From assembly GCA_951812955.1 (NCBI GenBank), contig OX638340.1, positions 128,001 through 192,000 of the forward strand: a DNA stretch of 64,000 nucleotides, written 5' to 3'. Below the pieces are notes generated by a model that saw only the letters and a program-made list of their open reading frames with translations, was not told the origin of the DNA and made no database searches. The position numbers were made by a program, and so were the translations under genes. This DNA is from an uncultured Gemmatimonadota bacterium. GTDB taxonomy: Bacteria; JAAXHH01. Of this stretch, positions 19,501 to 28,122 are shown in pieces; position 1 is the stretch's first letter, and the number at the start of each line of letters is the position of its first letter.

Positions 19501-20316
19501 AGCCTGCACGGCCTGCCGTGCCGCGGCGTCCAGCGGTGTGACGCCGCCGTTGGAGGTCATGGTGAGTATCTCGTTCTCCAGCCCCAGTCCCGAAGTCTCT
19601 TCCTGCATGCGCCTGAGGTACCTGGCGTAGACTGGTCCCACGTAGGCGTTGACGGCCGTCGTGCTCAGCCGGTCGTATTCCTTGATCTGCGGCAGGATCC
19701 CGGAGGAGAGCGACAGGTAAAGGTCGGGATGCCGCTCCCGGATGCGTTCGCCCACGAACCGCTCATGGGACGGGTTCAGGTAGGAGAAAATCAGACACAC
19801 GGCCACGGATTCCACGCCGGCCTGTACGAGGACGTCCAGAATCTCGTCCAGCGCTTCGTCATCCACGGGCGCTTCGACGGCGCCGTCGGCGCGGACACGC
19901 TCCGCGAGCGTGCGGCGCAAAGCCCTGGGTACCAAAGGTTCCACGGGCGTCATCCGGAGATTGTACCGGTCTTCTTTCAAGCCTTCCCGAAGCTCCAGGA
20001 GGTCCCGGAAGCCCTCCGTAGTAATCAGGCCAACCCGGGCGCCCTTGCGCTCAAGCAGCGTGTTGGTCGCGACAGTGGTGCCGTGGATGAACAGGCGCGT
20101 CTGAGCCAGAAGTTCGGCAATGGGAAGACCGTAGGATCCTGCAATGTCCCGGAGCCCGTCCATCACCGCGTTGGAAGGTGCGTCGGGGGTGGATGCCGTC
20201 TTGAAGTAACGAGGCGCGGAACGACCTTCGACCACGACGAAATCCGTGAATGTCCCGCCAACGTCAATGCCGATGGAAAAGGGCTGAGGAGTGTCGTCCG
20301 TGGACCGACTATTCAT
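16534..20316 (-). CDS. Fused hydantoinase/oxoprolinase HyuA-HyuB polypeptide (5-oxoprolinase-like, ATP-dependent)
   Basis: The N-terminal half is Hydantoinase_A (FSIGIDVGGTFTDFV…). The C-terminal half is Hydantoinase_B (…GEGIPVHISALP…). They are joined by a Ser/Thr/Asp/Pro-rich linker. Start assigned to MNSRS at 20316; the ORF extends to 20424. Confidence 0.85.
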   Translation of the reverse strand: MNSRSTDDTPQPFSIGIDVGGTFTDFVVVEGRSAPRYFKTASTPDAPSNAVMDGLRDIAGSYGLPIAELLAQTRLFIHGTTVATNTLLERKGARVGLITTEGFRDLLELREGLKEDRYNLRMTPVEPLVPRALRRTLAERVRADGAVEAPVDDEALDEILDVLVQAGVESVAVCLIFSYLNPSHERFVGERIRERHPDLYLSLSSGILPQIKEYDRLSTTAVNAYVGPVYARYLRRMQEETSGLGLENEILTMTSNGGVTPLDAAARQAVQAILSGPAGGVSGAVAYGRLIGEANLIGFDMGGTSTDISVIEGGDPQVSGEHYEGGWKIAVPMIDLHTLGAGGGSIARVDDGGTLHVGPQSAGADPGPACYGQGGDRPTVTDANLVLGYLDPGNFLGGRTLLHPNRSQEALEAHVAKPLGLTVEEAAHGVLDVVTTAMAEGIRLLTVRRGGDPRNFSLLAFGGAAGLHVGKVARKTGISTVHLPSAAPVLSAYGMLASDLRYDYAQSFTASLDVVDLDEVRRLMDRMAEQGTAQLRKQGLAGDDITTLFTADMRYLDQIYEVNVSIPDLDQVDDAIRRTWAALFHERYRVLYSYHQLDQEVRLVTLRATITGKLPSIILPEKANAASTPAARKGTRRIYTGAWTEAAVFTADDLAPGVGIEGPAIVESDFTTVLVEEGDRLEIDSYGGMVLSVSHTTPDPVSATSDQTSATLDPASATSDPVTHSVVGHRLESIAREMADVMIRTSMSQILNSSRDFSTAILDAEGQLVAQGEGIPVHISALPPAVEAVREYFGDGIVEGDLFILNDPYFGGSHLPDITAIYPVFRDGNLLFFAVNRAHHSDIGGGTHGGYNPSASELYHEGLRIPPVRLYEAGRPREDLLRMLAVNVRHAENFTGDLHAQIGSVQIAARRLQSLLDDYGTEGLTTSVAAILDSAERRIRQLITGWRDGVYYGETLLDDDGFDAVSIPIRARVTVQDDNMTIDLGDSSPQVTGFINSAYANTRSLAHVAIMYMAPSDVPKNEGSMRPVKVIAPKGLIVNPNPPAPVCMSTNHCGEEIVEAVFKALAPVAPDAVNAGFSRRLRFAITGRDPRTGQRFIWHFFFGRGGGGASRGYDGWSCVGEVNVAGAIRSPSVEITEERFPFKIVRNDLRPGSGGDGTWRGGLGAVFEMVYEGDEPAKLNMAGDGVINPPFGLFGGEPGLPHRYKVVSNGTERMLKSKETEVPILPGDHIVALSAGGGGYGPPRSRASSHRTRDQQSSLV
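18130..18245. repeat. Nucleotide-level short repeats (gatgtagccga-like) encoding the low-complexity linker (…SATSDQTSATLDPASATSDPV…) between the HyuA and HyuB halves of the fused gene
   Basis: Read directly from the sequence and from the minus-strand translation. Confidence 0.6.
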
Positions 20317-20469
20317 GGGTGTTCTCCGGACCGTGTTGACGAAAAACGATCTGTGTCCTATACTATCGAAAGGCTCGTGTGAAGGGCTCGCAGAACGGAG
20401 TGCGGAAGCTGCATGCCGGAGCACGGCAGCATCCGACAGGTCCTATCGAAGATACAGCTGGACGAATAT

Positions 20470-21063
20470 ATGAATACAGACCGCATTTTCGAAAAAAACG
20501 AACACTGGATCAAGCGAAAACTAAGCGCCGATCCCGGTTATCTCGAGCGGCTTTCGCGGCAACAACAACCCGATATACTCTACATCGGATGCGCCGACAG
20601 CCGAGTAGCTCCCGAGGCCTTCATGGGCGCCGGGCCGGGTGAGGTCTTCGTGCACCGCAACGTGGGCAATCTGGCGATCCCCCTCGACCCGAACACCGGG
20701 TCCGCCATCGTCTACGGGGTCGAACACTTGAAAGTCGGGCACATCGTCGTGTGCGGGCACTACGACTGCGGTGCGGTGAAGGCGGTCATTCAGTCGGAGG
20801 ACCTCGGCACGCTCGAGCCCTGGCTGCGGCACTTGAGGAAGGTTTACCGCCGCCACGAGTCCGTACTGGTGTCCATTCCGGATTTCGCGGCCCGGTGCGA
20901 CCGCCTGGTCGAATGCAATGTCCGCGCGCAATGCGCCAACATATTGGAGTTTCCCGAGGTGCGAAAGTCGATCGAAGAGCACGGGTTGCAGGTGCACGGC
21001 TGGGTCTTCGACCTGCGCAACGGGCTGATCAAGGACCTGGCGGTCGGTCCCGTTCGGAAATGA
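20470..21063 (+). CDS. Beta-class carbonic anhydrase
   Basis: CADSRV…HYDCGAV zinc-ligand and active-site motifs. The ORF opens at 20413; MNTDRIF at 20470 is the plausible start. Confidence 0.8.
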   Translation: MNTDRIFEKNEHWIKRKLSADPGYLERLSRQQQPDILYIGCADSRVAPEAFMGAGPGEVFVHRNVGNLAIPLDPNTGSAIVYGVEHLKVGHIVVCGHYDCGAVKAVIQSEDLGTLEPWLRHLRKVYRRHESVLVSIPDFAARCDRLVECNVRAQCANILEFPEVRKSIEEHGLQVHGWVFDLRNGLIKDLAVGPVRK

Positions 21064-21135
21064 AATCGCGCTTCCGATCGGCCCGACGCCTCTTCGACCG
21101 GTTTTTACCTGCTGTTTGCGGCGTAGGCCACGCCG

Positions 21136-22833
21136 TCAGTCTCCCCCCGCCTGCTTCCGCAATACCCTGCCCGTCAGCGCGCCCGTATGTTCCCCCGTTT
21201 CTATCACGACCGTGCCATTGACCAGGACGCTGTCGATACCCCGGGCATACTGGTGTGGATTCATGAAGTCCGCCCGGTCGATGACGGAATCCGGATCGAA
21301 GACCACGAGATCGGCGACCTGTCCGACATCGATCGTGCCGCGGCCGGAAAGGCCCAGCCTGCGGGCCGGCATGCCGGTCATCTTGTGGACGGCGGTGGGC
21401 AGGTCGAACAACCGGTCTTCGCGGCAGTACTTGCCGAGTACCCTGGGAAACGTCCCGTAGTACCTGGGATGGGGCCTGGTCTCGCTTAAAGGGCCATAGT
21501 CCGCCGCGGCGCCACCGTCCGACGCGACCATGACGAGCGGATGGGTCAGCACGGAACGGATCTCCTCCTCGCTCATGCCGAACCCCACCATGCCCACACT
21601 CCCGTTCTCGGCGATGAGGAGTTCCCGGACGAAATCGAAAGGGTCTTGTCCGCTGCGCGCGACGATCTCCGACACCCGTCGTCCCACGTAGTCCTGGTTT
21701 TCCGCCCTGCCGACCGACGTGATCATCACGGCGCTCCAGTCTCCCAGCATGTCGACTTTCTCGATGGCTGCCTGTTTCATCAGGGACAGTGTTTCCGGTG
21801 TCTGCAGCCGGCTCAGGAACGCCTCGGCGCCGCCTGCCCGGAACCGGGTTGGAAACAGGTTCTGCAGCGTCGTGGCGTAGGCGATGTAGGGATACCGGTC
21901 CAGGGTGATGTCCATCCCTTCCCCAACCGCCTGTTCGATCATTTCGAAGGCCACAGATACCTTTTCCCGGTTGCGCCTGCCGGAGGCTTTGAAGTGGGCG
22001 ATCTGCAGGGCGATTTCGGCCTTCCTTGCGGTACTGATCGCTTCGCTTACGGCTTCTATGAGGTAGTCGTCCTCGTTGCGCATGTGGGTGGCGTAAAAAC
22101 CGCTATACCCCGCCGCCACACGGCCGAGTTCGGCGATTTCATCCTCGTCGGCGAAACTTCCGGGAGTATATTCAAGCCCGGAGGAGAGTCCCCAGGCTCC
22201 TTCCGACATGGCCTGGTCCACAAGCGCCTTCATGGTATCGATCTGCCGCGCGCTGGCCGGAATGTTTTCATATCCGACCACATGTCCGCGAATGGTGCCC
22301 TGCCCCGCCAGAGATATGAAGTTAACCCCGATGCCCTGCTGTTCCAGCGTGTTGAACAGGCCCGTGAAGTCCGTCCAACCGATATCCACGCCGTACCGCC
22401 GGCCGTAACCGTCCCGCAGCGACCTTTGCCGGTCTTCGGTCAGGGGTGCAAGTGATGAGCCGTCCTGACCGGCCACTTCCGTGGTTACACCCTGCCTGAT
22501 CTTGCTTTCGGCCTTGGGATCTACCAGCAACGAAAGGTCGGTGTGCGAATGTATGTCAATGAATCCCGGACAGACGATCTTCCCCGAAGCATCGATCGTC
22601 TTTGCACCCGTGCCGCTGACCGGGCCGATCTGGACGATCCGGTCTTCCGCGATGGCAATGTCGGCATCCACGGGAGGCGCTCCCGTACCGTCGATCACGC
22701 GTCCGCCTCTTATGATCACATCGTAATTCTGAGCGATCGCACATCCGTCAATCATCAGCGGCAGAGCGCCGACAGCCGCGCCGGCGCCCGCAATTCCGGT
22801 GCTCCTGAGAAAGGTACGTCTGGTCCAATCCAT
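21136..22833 (-). CDS. Amidohydrolase-superfamily enzyme of the D-aminoacylase (N-acyl-D-amino-acid deacylase) type, with a Tat signal
   Basis: RRTFLRSTGIAGAGAAVGA twin-arginine signal. DIHSHTD metal-binding motif. ~565 aa, typical of the D-aminoacylase subfamily. Confidence 0.75.
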   Translation of the reverse strand: MDWTRRTFLRSTGIAGAGAAVGALPLMIDGCAIAQNYDVIIRGGRVIDGTGAPPVDADIAIAEDRIVQIGPVSGTGAKTIDASGKIVCPGFIDIHSHTDLSLLVDPKAESKIRQGVTTEVAGQDGSSLAPLTEDRQRSLRDGYGRRYGVDIGWTDFTGLFNTLEQQGIGVNFISLAGQGTIRGHVVGYENIPASARQIDTMKALVDQAMSEGAWGLSSGLEYTPGSFADEDEIAELGRVAAGYSGFYATHMRNEDDYLIEAVSEAISTARKAEIALQIAHFKASGRRNREKVSVAFEMIEQAVGEGMDITLDRYPYIAYATTLQNLFPTRFRAGGAEAFLSRLQTPETLSLMKQAAIEKVDMLGDWSAVMITSVGRAENQDYVGRRVSEIVARSGQDPFDFVRELLIAENGSVGMVGFGMSEEEIRSVLTHPLVMVASDGGAAADYGPLSETRPHPRYYGTFPRVLGKYCREDRLFDLPTAVHKMTGMPARRLGLSGRGTIDVGQVADLVVFDPDSVIDRADFMNPHQYARGIDSVLVNGTVVIETGEHTGALTGRVLRKQAGGD

Positions 22834-22847
22834 GCGTTCTGCTCCTG

Positions 22848-23624
22848 TTAACCGGTCAGTCGAATCTTCAGTCCCTTATCAGAAAGAAACTGCTTGATGG
22901 AATTCACGGAGTAGTGTCCGTAATGCAGCATGGAAGCCACCAGTGCCGCATCGGCGCGGCCGGCCGTGAGCGCGTCGTATAGGTGCTCGGGCCGTCCCCC
23001 GCCGCCAGAGGCGATGACCGGGATTCCCACGGTTTCGGCGATCATCCGGGTCAGCGTCAACTCGTAGCCTTCGAGGGTGCCGTCCGCGTCGATGGAATTG
23101 ACGACGATCTCACCCGCCCCGAGGGCCTCGCCCCGCCGGGCCCATTCGATGGCGTCCATGCCGGTGTCCCGGCGGCCGCCATGGGTCACGATTTCGTAAC
23201 CGGAAGGCAACGAACCGGATGATTTGGCCTTCACGTCCATGGACAGCACGACGGCCTGTACCCCGAATGCGTCGGCCGCTTCGGAAATGACACCTGGATT
23301 TGCGACGGCCGCCGTGTTCAGGTTCACCTTTTCCGCGCCGGCTTCGAGCACCTTTCTGCAGTCATCGACCGTTCGCAGGCCCCCGCCCACCGAAAAGGGT
23401 ATGAATACCTGCCGGGCTACCTCTTCCACCACGTCCAGCATGATGCCGCGCTGGTCGCTCGACGCCGTAATGTCGTAGAAGACGAGCTCGTCCAGGCCGG
23501 CCTCGTAGTACCGTCTCGCCGCCGAAACCGGGTCGCCGATGTCTTTCGTGTTGACGAAACGGACGCTCTTGACCAGCCGGCCGTCCCGGACGTCCAGGCA
23601 GGAAATGAGCCGCTTGCTCAGCAT
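22848..23624 (-). CDS. hisF: Imidazole glycerol phosphate synthase, cyclase subunit
   Basis: [23 protein letters not shown] aligns with the canonical HisF N-terminus (MLAKRIIPCLDV…). The start overlaps the hisH stop by 7 nt. Confidence 0.9.
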   Translation of the reverse strand: MLSKRLISCLDVRDGRLVKSVRFVNTKDIGDPVSAARRYYEAGLDELVFYDITASSDQRGIMLDVVEEVARQVFIPFSVGGGLRTVDDCRKVLEAGAEKVNLNTAAVANPGVISEAADAFGVQAVVLSMDVKAKSSGSLPSGYEIVTHGGRRDTGMDAIEWARRGEALGAGEIVVNSIDADGTLEGYELTLTRMIAETVGIPVIASGGGGRPEHLYDALTAGRADAALVASMLHYGHYSVNSIKQFLSDKGLKIRLTG

Positions 23625-24238
23625 GCGTTCCCGTCCCACTTCACGAATTCGTCCAGGATCTTCAGGCCCACGGGACCGCTTTTCTCCACGTGAAACTGGG
23701 TCGCGACGATGTTGTTCCTGCCGATGACGGCCGCAAACTCAACGTCGTACCGGCATTTTGCCAGTACATCCGTATCGTCAACCGGCGCTGGATAGTATGA
23801 ATGTACAAAGTAGACCTCGTCGCCCGTTCGCAGGTGACGGAGCACGGGATGCGCGCTGCACACCCGCAGTTCGTTCCATCCCATGTGCGGTACCTTCAGG
23901 GCGGCGTCCTCCGGTTTAAATCGAAGGCACCTGCCCTCGATCAGGTCCAGACAGCGCTGGTCGGTTTCCTCGGAATCCGAAAGCAGGATCTGGCAGCCGA
24001 CGCAGATCCCCAGGATGGGCGTTCCCCTGGCGGCGGCCGATTTGAGCGCTACGTCGAGCCCTCTTTCGTGGAGGGTTTCCAGGGCTGAATGAGCATGGCC
24101 CACCCCGGGGAAGATGATGCGTTCCGCGTGGTCCAGGTCATCCGGGATCGACGTGATGATCGAACCCACACCCAGGTGGTCCAGCGCTCTTTTCACCGAG
24201 GTCTGATTTCCAGCGTCGTAATCTACAATGTGAATCAT
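23618..24238 (-). CDS. hisH: Imidazole glycerol phosphate synthase, glutamine amidotransferase subunit
   Basis: [11 protein letters not shown]…GICVGCQ, a class-I glutamine amidotransferase catalytic-Cys motif. 206 aa. Confidence 0.9.
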   Translation of the reverse strand: MIHIVDYDAGNQTSVKRALDHLGVGSIITSIPDDLDHAERIIFPGVGHAHSALETLHERGLDVALKSAAARGTPILGICVGCQILLSDSEETDQRCLDLIEGRCLRFKPEDAALKVPHMGWNELRVCSAHPVLRHLRTGDEVYFVHSYYPAPVDDTDVLAKCRYDVEFAAVIGRNNIVATQFHVEKSGPVGLKILDEFVKWDGNAC

Positions 24239-24382
24239 GGAGAAGTGCGTTCGTCGAGGTTGCCTGGAGGGTACCGATCCGATTCCAACCGCATGTCCCT
24301 AGTAATCGCGGCAGAGGTTATTTGTCAAGGGAAAGATGGTGCAGCGGGGCTGCCGCGGAAGCCCTTTTATCTTGAATAGGAC

Positions 24383-24411
24383 GTTGACATGATCGATAGG
24401 CGTTTCTATAC
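24383..24411 (+). promoter_or_regulatory. Candidate sigma70-type promoter upstream of the M24 peptidase gene
   Basis: TTGACA at 24383-24388, a 17-nt spacer, then TATACT at 24406-24411, about 100 nt upstream of the ATG at 24511. Confidence 0.5.
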
Positions 24412-24510
24412 TGGTTTGGTCCGTCATCGCACCTCGACTACCGCGCCGGAATTCGCCCCGGACCGTGAACCCAGCGCACTGAATTCGCACCATCCGGAGT
24501 CGATACCCAG

Positions 24511-25767
24511 ATGCTCTTCAACGTCGAACGTGCAACGGAGTACATGCGAGATTGCGGTCTCGATGCGCTGGTCGCGACTTCGCCCGTTAATATCACCTAT
24601 TTCACGGGTTATTTCATCTGGATCGACGGGCTCATGAAGGAGTACATGGTCAGCCCCGGCGGTTCAGCGGATATAGCGCAGGGATACGCGCTGTTTCCGG
24701 CCGACGGCGAGCCCGCTCTGGCGGTTACCGGATCGATGCTGGCCGTCAACGGCGTGGACCTCCGGGTCCGTGATCTCAGGGTAAGCGGCGACTCCGGTTT
24801 GGACTGGTCGCTGGCGCCTCGGTCGCTGTCCGGCCGAATGAACCGGGTGTACGCCCTTGTGAAGGATGCGCCGGGTTACGGCACGACTACCGAGGCACTC
24901 GCCGGCGCCCTGAGCGACCGGGGACTTGCGAGCGGGACACTGGGCGTGGAAGCGGACGGGATGACCGCCGGCCGGTACGCGCAGCTGCGCCGGACGCTCC
25001 CTGACGCCCGGCTGCTCGATTGCTCGAACCTCATACGGCTGCTCCGCATGGTCAAGACCGGCGACGAGATCGATCGGCTCGTGCAGGCGGCGGAAATCAG
25101 CGAGACGGCGGCCATGTCGGCCATGGAACAGGCGCGACCGGGCGACAACGTGCAGGACGTCATCCGCCGGTTCAGAGCGGAGTTGGGGGGCCGGGGGGCG
25201 GACCTGGATCATTTCGCCTTCGGGGTCCACGGACTGGGTATCGCGACGGAACCGGATTTCATCCTGGGAGAAACCGACGTGGAATATGTGGACTGGGGAT
25301 GCAGGTACCGCTCGGTTTATTCGGATACCGGGACCACTTACGCCATGCGGCCCTTGTCCGGGGACATGCAAGGCCGGTTCGAAGTGCTCCGCGCGTCCAT
25401 GGACGCCGGCCTGGCGGCCATACGGCCCGGAGTCCTTTCCTCGACGGTCCAGGCGGCGATGCAGGACGTGGTGGACGATGCCGGCATGGCCATGTATCCT
25501 CACGGTCACGGGGTCGGCATGGAAGTGCGAGACTACCCCATCCTGGCGCCGGATAACGGCCTGAGGATCGCCGATGACTGCGTGGATGTTCCGTCCGACC
25601 TGGTCATCGAAGAAAACATGGTGCTTAACGTGGAAGCGCCGCTCTGCCTGGCGGGGGTCGGTTCCCTGCACCTGGAACAGTCCGTCGTCGTGACGGATAG
25701 CGGGTCTCGTCCTCTCGTCGAGCAGCAACGGGAGCGGCCGGTGTTTCCCCTCGGCGCCTCGACGTAG
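24511..25767 (+). CDS. M24-family metallopeptidase (creatinase/prolidase fold; Xaa-Pro peptidase-like)
   Basis: Creatinase-like N-terminal domain followed by a pita-bread domain with His/Asp/Glu metal ligands (…HGHGVGMEVRD…). Confidence 0.8.
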   Translation: MLFNVERATEYMRDCGLDALVATSPVNITYFTGYFIWIDGLMKEYMVSPGGSADIAQGYALFPADGEPALAVTGSMLAVNGVDLRVRDLRVSGDSGLDWSLAPRSLSGRMNRVYALVKDAPGYGTTTEALAGALSDRGLASGTLGVEADGMTAGRYAQLRRTLPDARLLDCSNLIRLLRMVKTGDEIDRLVQAAEISETAAMSAMEQARPGDNVQDVIRRFRAELGGRGADLDHFAFGVHGLGIATEPDFILGETDVEYVDWGCRYRSVYSDTGTTYAMRPLSGDMQGRFEVLRASMDAGLAAIRPGVLSSTVQAAMQDVVDDAGMAMYPHGHGVGMEVRDYPILAPDNGLRIADDCVDVPSDLVIEENMVLNVEAPLCLAGVGSLHLEQSVVVTDSGSRPLVEQQRERPVFPLGAST

Positions 25768-25813
25768 GAGATGGGAAGTACTTAATCGGCAGCGACCTCG
25801 AAATCGGCATCCT

Positions 25814-26839
25814 ATGAAAATAACAGGGATCCAACTTCATCAGCCCGCGGGCCTGCTTCGTTTGCTTACCAACGCCGGGCTCGAGGGGCACTGTACGGGG
25901 GTTGCCGCATTGGGGCACGACGTCGATCGCGTGGCATCCATCCTGGTGGATACGAACCCCGTAGACCGGGAACGGACCTGGTGGGCGATGAAGGATCCGG
26001 GTGAAGGGTTGTCCGCATCCCTTCGCGCCGGGATCGACGTTGCCCTGTGGGACCTTTCCGCGAAGATCGCGGGCCGGCCGCTGTTCAGGCACCTGGGCGG
26101 ATTCAGGGCCCGCGTCCCAGTCTGCCGGGCTGGTACGGCGTCAGGCACTGATCGGACTGATCGGGCCCCCTCCGAGATCGTCCGGGAAGCGAAAGACGCG
26201 CGGCAGGCCGGGTTCGGAGCCTATCGATTCGGCATGCGGACCGACGAGACCTCGCTGATCCAGCTGATACATGAAGTGCGGGCGGCCGTGGGTCCGGAGT
26301 TCCCGTTGGTGCTCGACGGCCAGGCCCGGTGCGTAATCGACGAGGCGATACGAATCGGCAGGGCGCTCGACGAGGCGGATTATTTCTACTTCGACCGTCC
26401 CCGTCCTCCCGGAGATCACTCCGGCGGGAAACAGGTGGCCGGTGAGATCGATACGCCGACCAGCACCGAGGTGTCCAGTCCCATTGCGGCGTCTCAGGTC
26501 ATGTCGGCCGGGTCTGCCGATCACATTCGCACCGACGTGCTAAGTTGCGGCGGCTTGACGGACGTGTTGAAGTCGGCCCGCTGCGCCGAGGCCTTTGGCG
26601 CCTACTGCCATCTGCGCGGTTTCGGGATCTGTGACGGTTTCGCCCATCTGCATCTGGCCGGCGCCCTCAGAAACACGCCCTTTATCGAGATGACGGAACT
26701 CGAGACTGCATCGCCTTTTGTTCGAAACCCACCGCGGGCTGACGGCGGGTTTGTCCAATTGCCCGATCTTCCGGGCCTCGGGATGGAAGTCGACCTGGAC
26801 GCGGTAATGGATAGTACATCGGAATTGATCGAAGCATGA
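25814..26839 (+). CDS. Enolase-superfamily protein (mandelate racemase/muconate-lactonizing enzyme type)
   Basis: The DVALWDLSAKIAGRPL motif is typical of MR/MLE capping and barrel domains. The usual metal-ligand EEP motif reads FDRP here. Confidence 0.7.
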   Translation: MKITGIQLHQPAGLLRLLTNAGLEGHCTGVAALGHDVDRVASILVDTNPVDRERTWWAMKDPGEGLSASLRAGIDVALWDLSAKIAGRPLFRHLGGFRARVPVCRAGTASGTDRTDRAPSEIVREAKDARQAGFGAYRFGMRTDETSLIQLIHEVRAAVGPEFPLVLDGQARCVIDEAIRIGRALDEADYFYFDRPRPPGDHSGGKQVAGEIDTPTSTEVSSPIAASQVMSAGSADHIRTDVLSCGGLTDVLKSARCAEAFGAYCHLRGFGICDGFAHLHLAGALRNTPFIEMTELETASPFVRNPPRADGGFVQLPDLPGLGMEVDLDAVMDSTSELIEA

Positions 26840-26878
26840 TCGAAGCATGATCGAAGCACGATCCGAAGTACGATCAGG
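26827..26878. repeat. 11-bp unit GATCGAAGCAT repeated ~4 times, starting inside the last codons and stop of the upstream enolase-superfamily gene
   Basis: The gene ends …ttg atc gaa gca tga. This is followed by tcgaagcatga tcgaagcacga tccgaagtacgatcag, whose later copies are decayed. Confidence 0.75.
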
Positions 26879-26892
26879 GATTAAGGAATACC

Positions 26893-28083
26893 ATGCAGAT
26901 CCAGGATGTAAAATGTTACGTAATGGAGGATGAGCCGGAAACGCGCCGGGAAAGCAGCGCGGACCGGGGCAGCATGGCGCCTGTGCCGCCGGGCATCTCC
27001 GGGCTGTTTACCCACGACCAGGGATTCGGCGCGGGCGCGCCCGACGGATTCTCCTTCACCGGCGACAGTCCCGAACCCAAGTATCGCCTGGTGATCCGGC
27101 TCGTGACGGACGGCGACCTGGACGCCTACGCGGATTATGGCACAGGATTCGATCCCCGGGAACTGGAATGGCAGGGCAAAGCGTTCCTTGCCCGGTACGC
27201 CCACATGCTCATCGGCGTGGACGCCTTCGACCGGGAGTATGTCTGGCAGCGTTTGTGGATGGCCCAACGCTTCATGTACACGGGAAGGGGGCTGCTCGAT
27301 ACAGTCGACCGCATGCTGTGGGACCTGGCCAGCCGGAGCGCGAGGCTCCCCATCTACAAACTCCTCGGCGCATGCCGCGAAAGCGTGCCCGCCTACTGCA
27401 ACGTGGGCGGCCGGACCATCGACGACCTGGTTGAGAACGCGGTGACGCGCGTGAACGAGGAAGGATTCATCGGCTGCAAGGATCATTCCTACCGGGGCGT
27501 GAAGGCCAACGGTGAGATGGCCGTGAGACTGCGGGAAGCGCTGGGCGACGACATCATGCTCTTTCACGACCCCGTCGAATCATACACCTACGAGGAGGCC
27601 GTGAAGATCGGGCGCATCATGGAAAGGTGCCGGTACCGGTGGATCGAAGAACCATTGCAGGACTACGACATCCTGGGACTTCAGAAGCTGTGCGCGACCC
27701 TCGACCTCCCGGTCCTGACCCTGGAGTGGATCGGGGCCATCGGGGGACAGCCCTACAACACGGCGCCGTACCTGGCGCTGCAGGCCGCCGATATCGTTCG
27801 TCAGCGGGGTATCGGCATTACGGGGCAGGTCAAGCAGGCCCAGCTGGCCGAGAGTTTCGGCGTGGAAGTGCATGGCGGGGATCCACACGTCATCCTGGCC
27901 ATCGGAAACGATCCCGTCTTCGAAGCATTCATGGGATTGCAGCCGCGCCCCCCTGCAGCGGAGCTTGACTGCCGCGGGACTCTTGTAGTGGAAAACGGCG
28001 CCATGTCGATCGCCTGGAGCGACCGCCCCGCGCCCGAACCGGACTGGGACGAGATGGCGCGCGACGCAGTAAGCGTTATTTGA
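26893..28083 (+). CDS. Enolase-superfamily protein (MR/MLE type), second paralog
   Basis: MLWDLASRSARLPIYKLLG, the canonical IEEP metal-ligand motif and a DP metal-ligand motif. Confidence 0.75.
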   Translation: MQIQDVKCYVMEDEPETRRESSADRGSMAPVPPGISGLFTHDQGFGAGAPDGFSFTGDSPEPKYRLVIRLVTDGDLDAYADYGTGFDPRELEWQGKAFLARYAHMLIGVDAFDREYVWQRLWMAQRFMYTGRGLLDTVDRMLWDLASRSARLPIYKLLGACRESVPAYCNVGGRTIDDLVENAVTRVNEEGFIGCKDHSYRGVKANGEMAVRLREALGDDIMLFHDPVESYTYEEAVKIGRIMERCRYRWIEEPLQDYDILGLQKLCATLDLPVLTLEWIGAIGGQPYNTAPYLALQAADIVRQRGIGITGQVKQAQLAESFGVEVHGGDPHVILAIGNDPVFEAFMGLQPRPPAAELDCRGTLVVENGAMSIAWSDRPAPEPDWDEMARDAVSVI

Positions 28084-28122
28084 CCCGGGTTACCAACCGA
28101 ATCACCAATATGTGGAGTGAAC

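Noticed and set aside
17020-20382. Long plus-strand ORFs (592 aa and 503 aa) antisense to the hydantoinase fusion gene
   Set aside because: They are antisense to a strongly supported gene, and their composition (Arg/Gly/Pro/His-rich) is characteristic of GC-skewed non-coding frames.
16534-21063. Acetone carboxylase operon (hydantoinase-family enzyme plus neighbouring carbonic anhydrase)
   Set aside because: Acetone carboxylase has three separate subunits (alpha, beta, gamma). Here a single fused A-B polypeptide resembles 5-oxoprolinase, and no gamma subunit gene is present. The CA adjacency may be coincidental.
24664-25728. 354-aa minus-strand ORF antisense to the M24 peptidase gene
   Set aside because: It is antisense to a well-supported gene, and the translation is low-complexity and His/Arg/Pro-rich.
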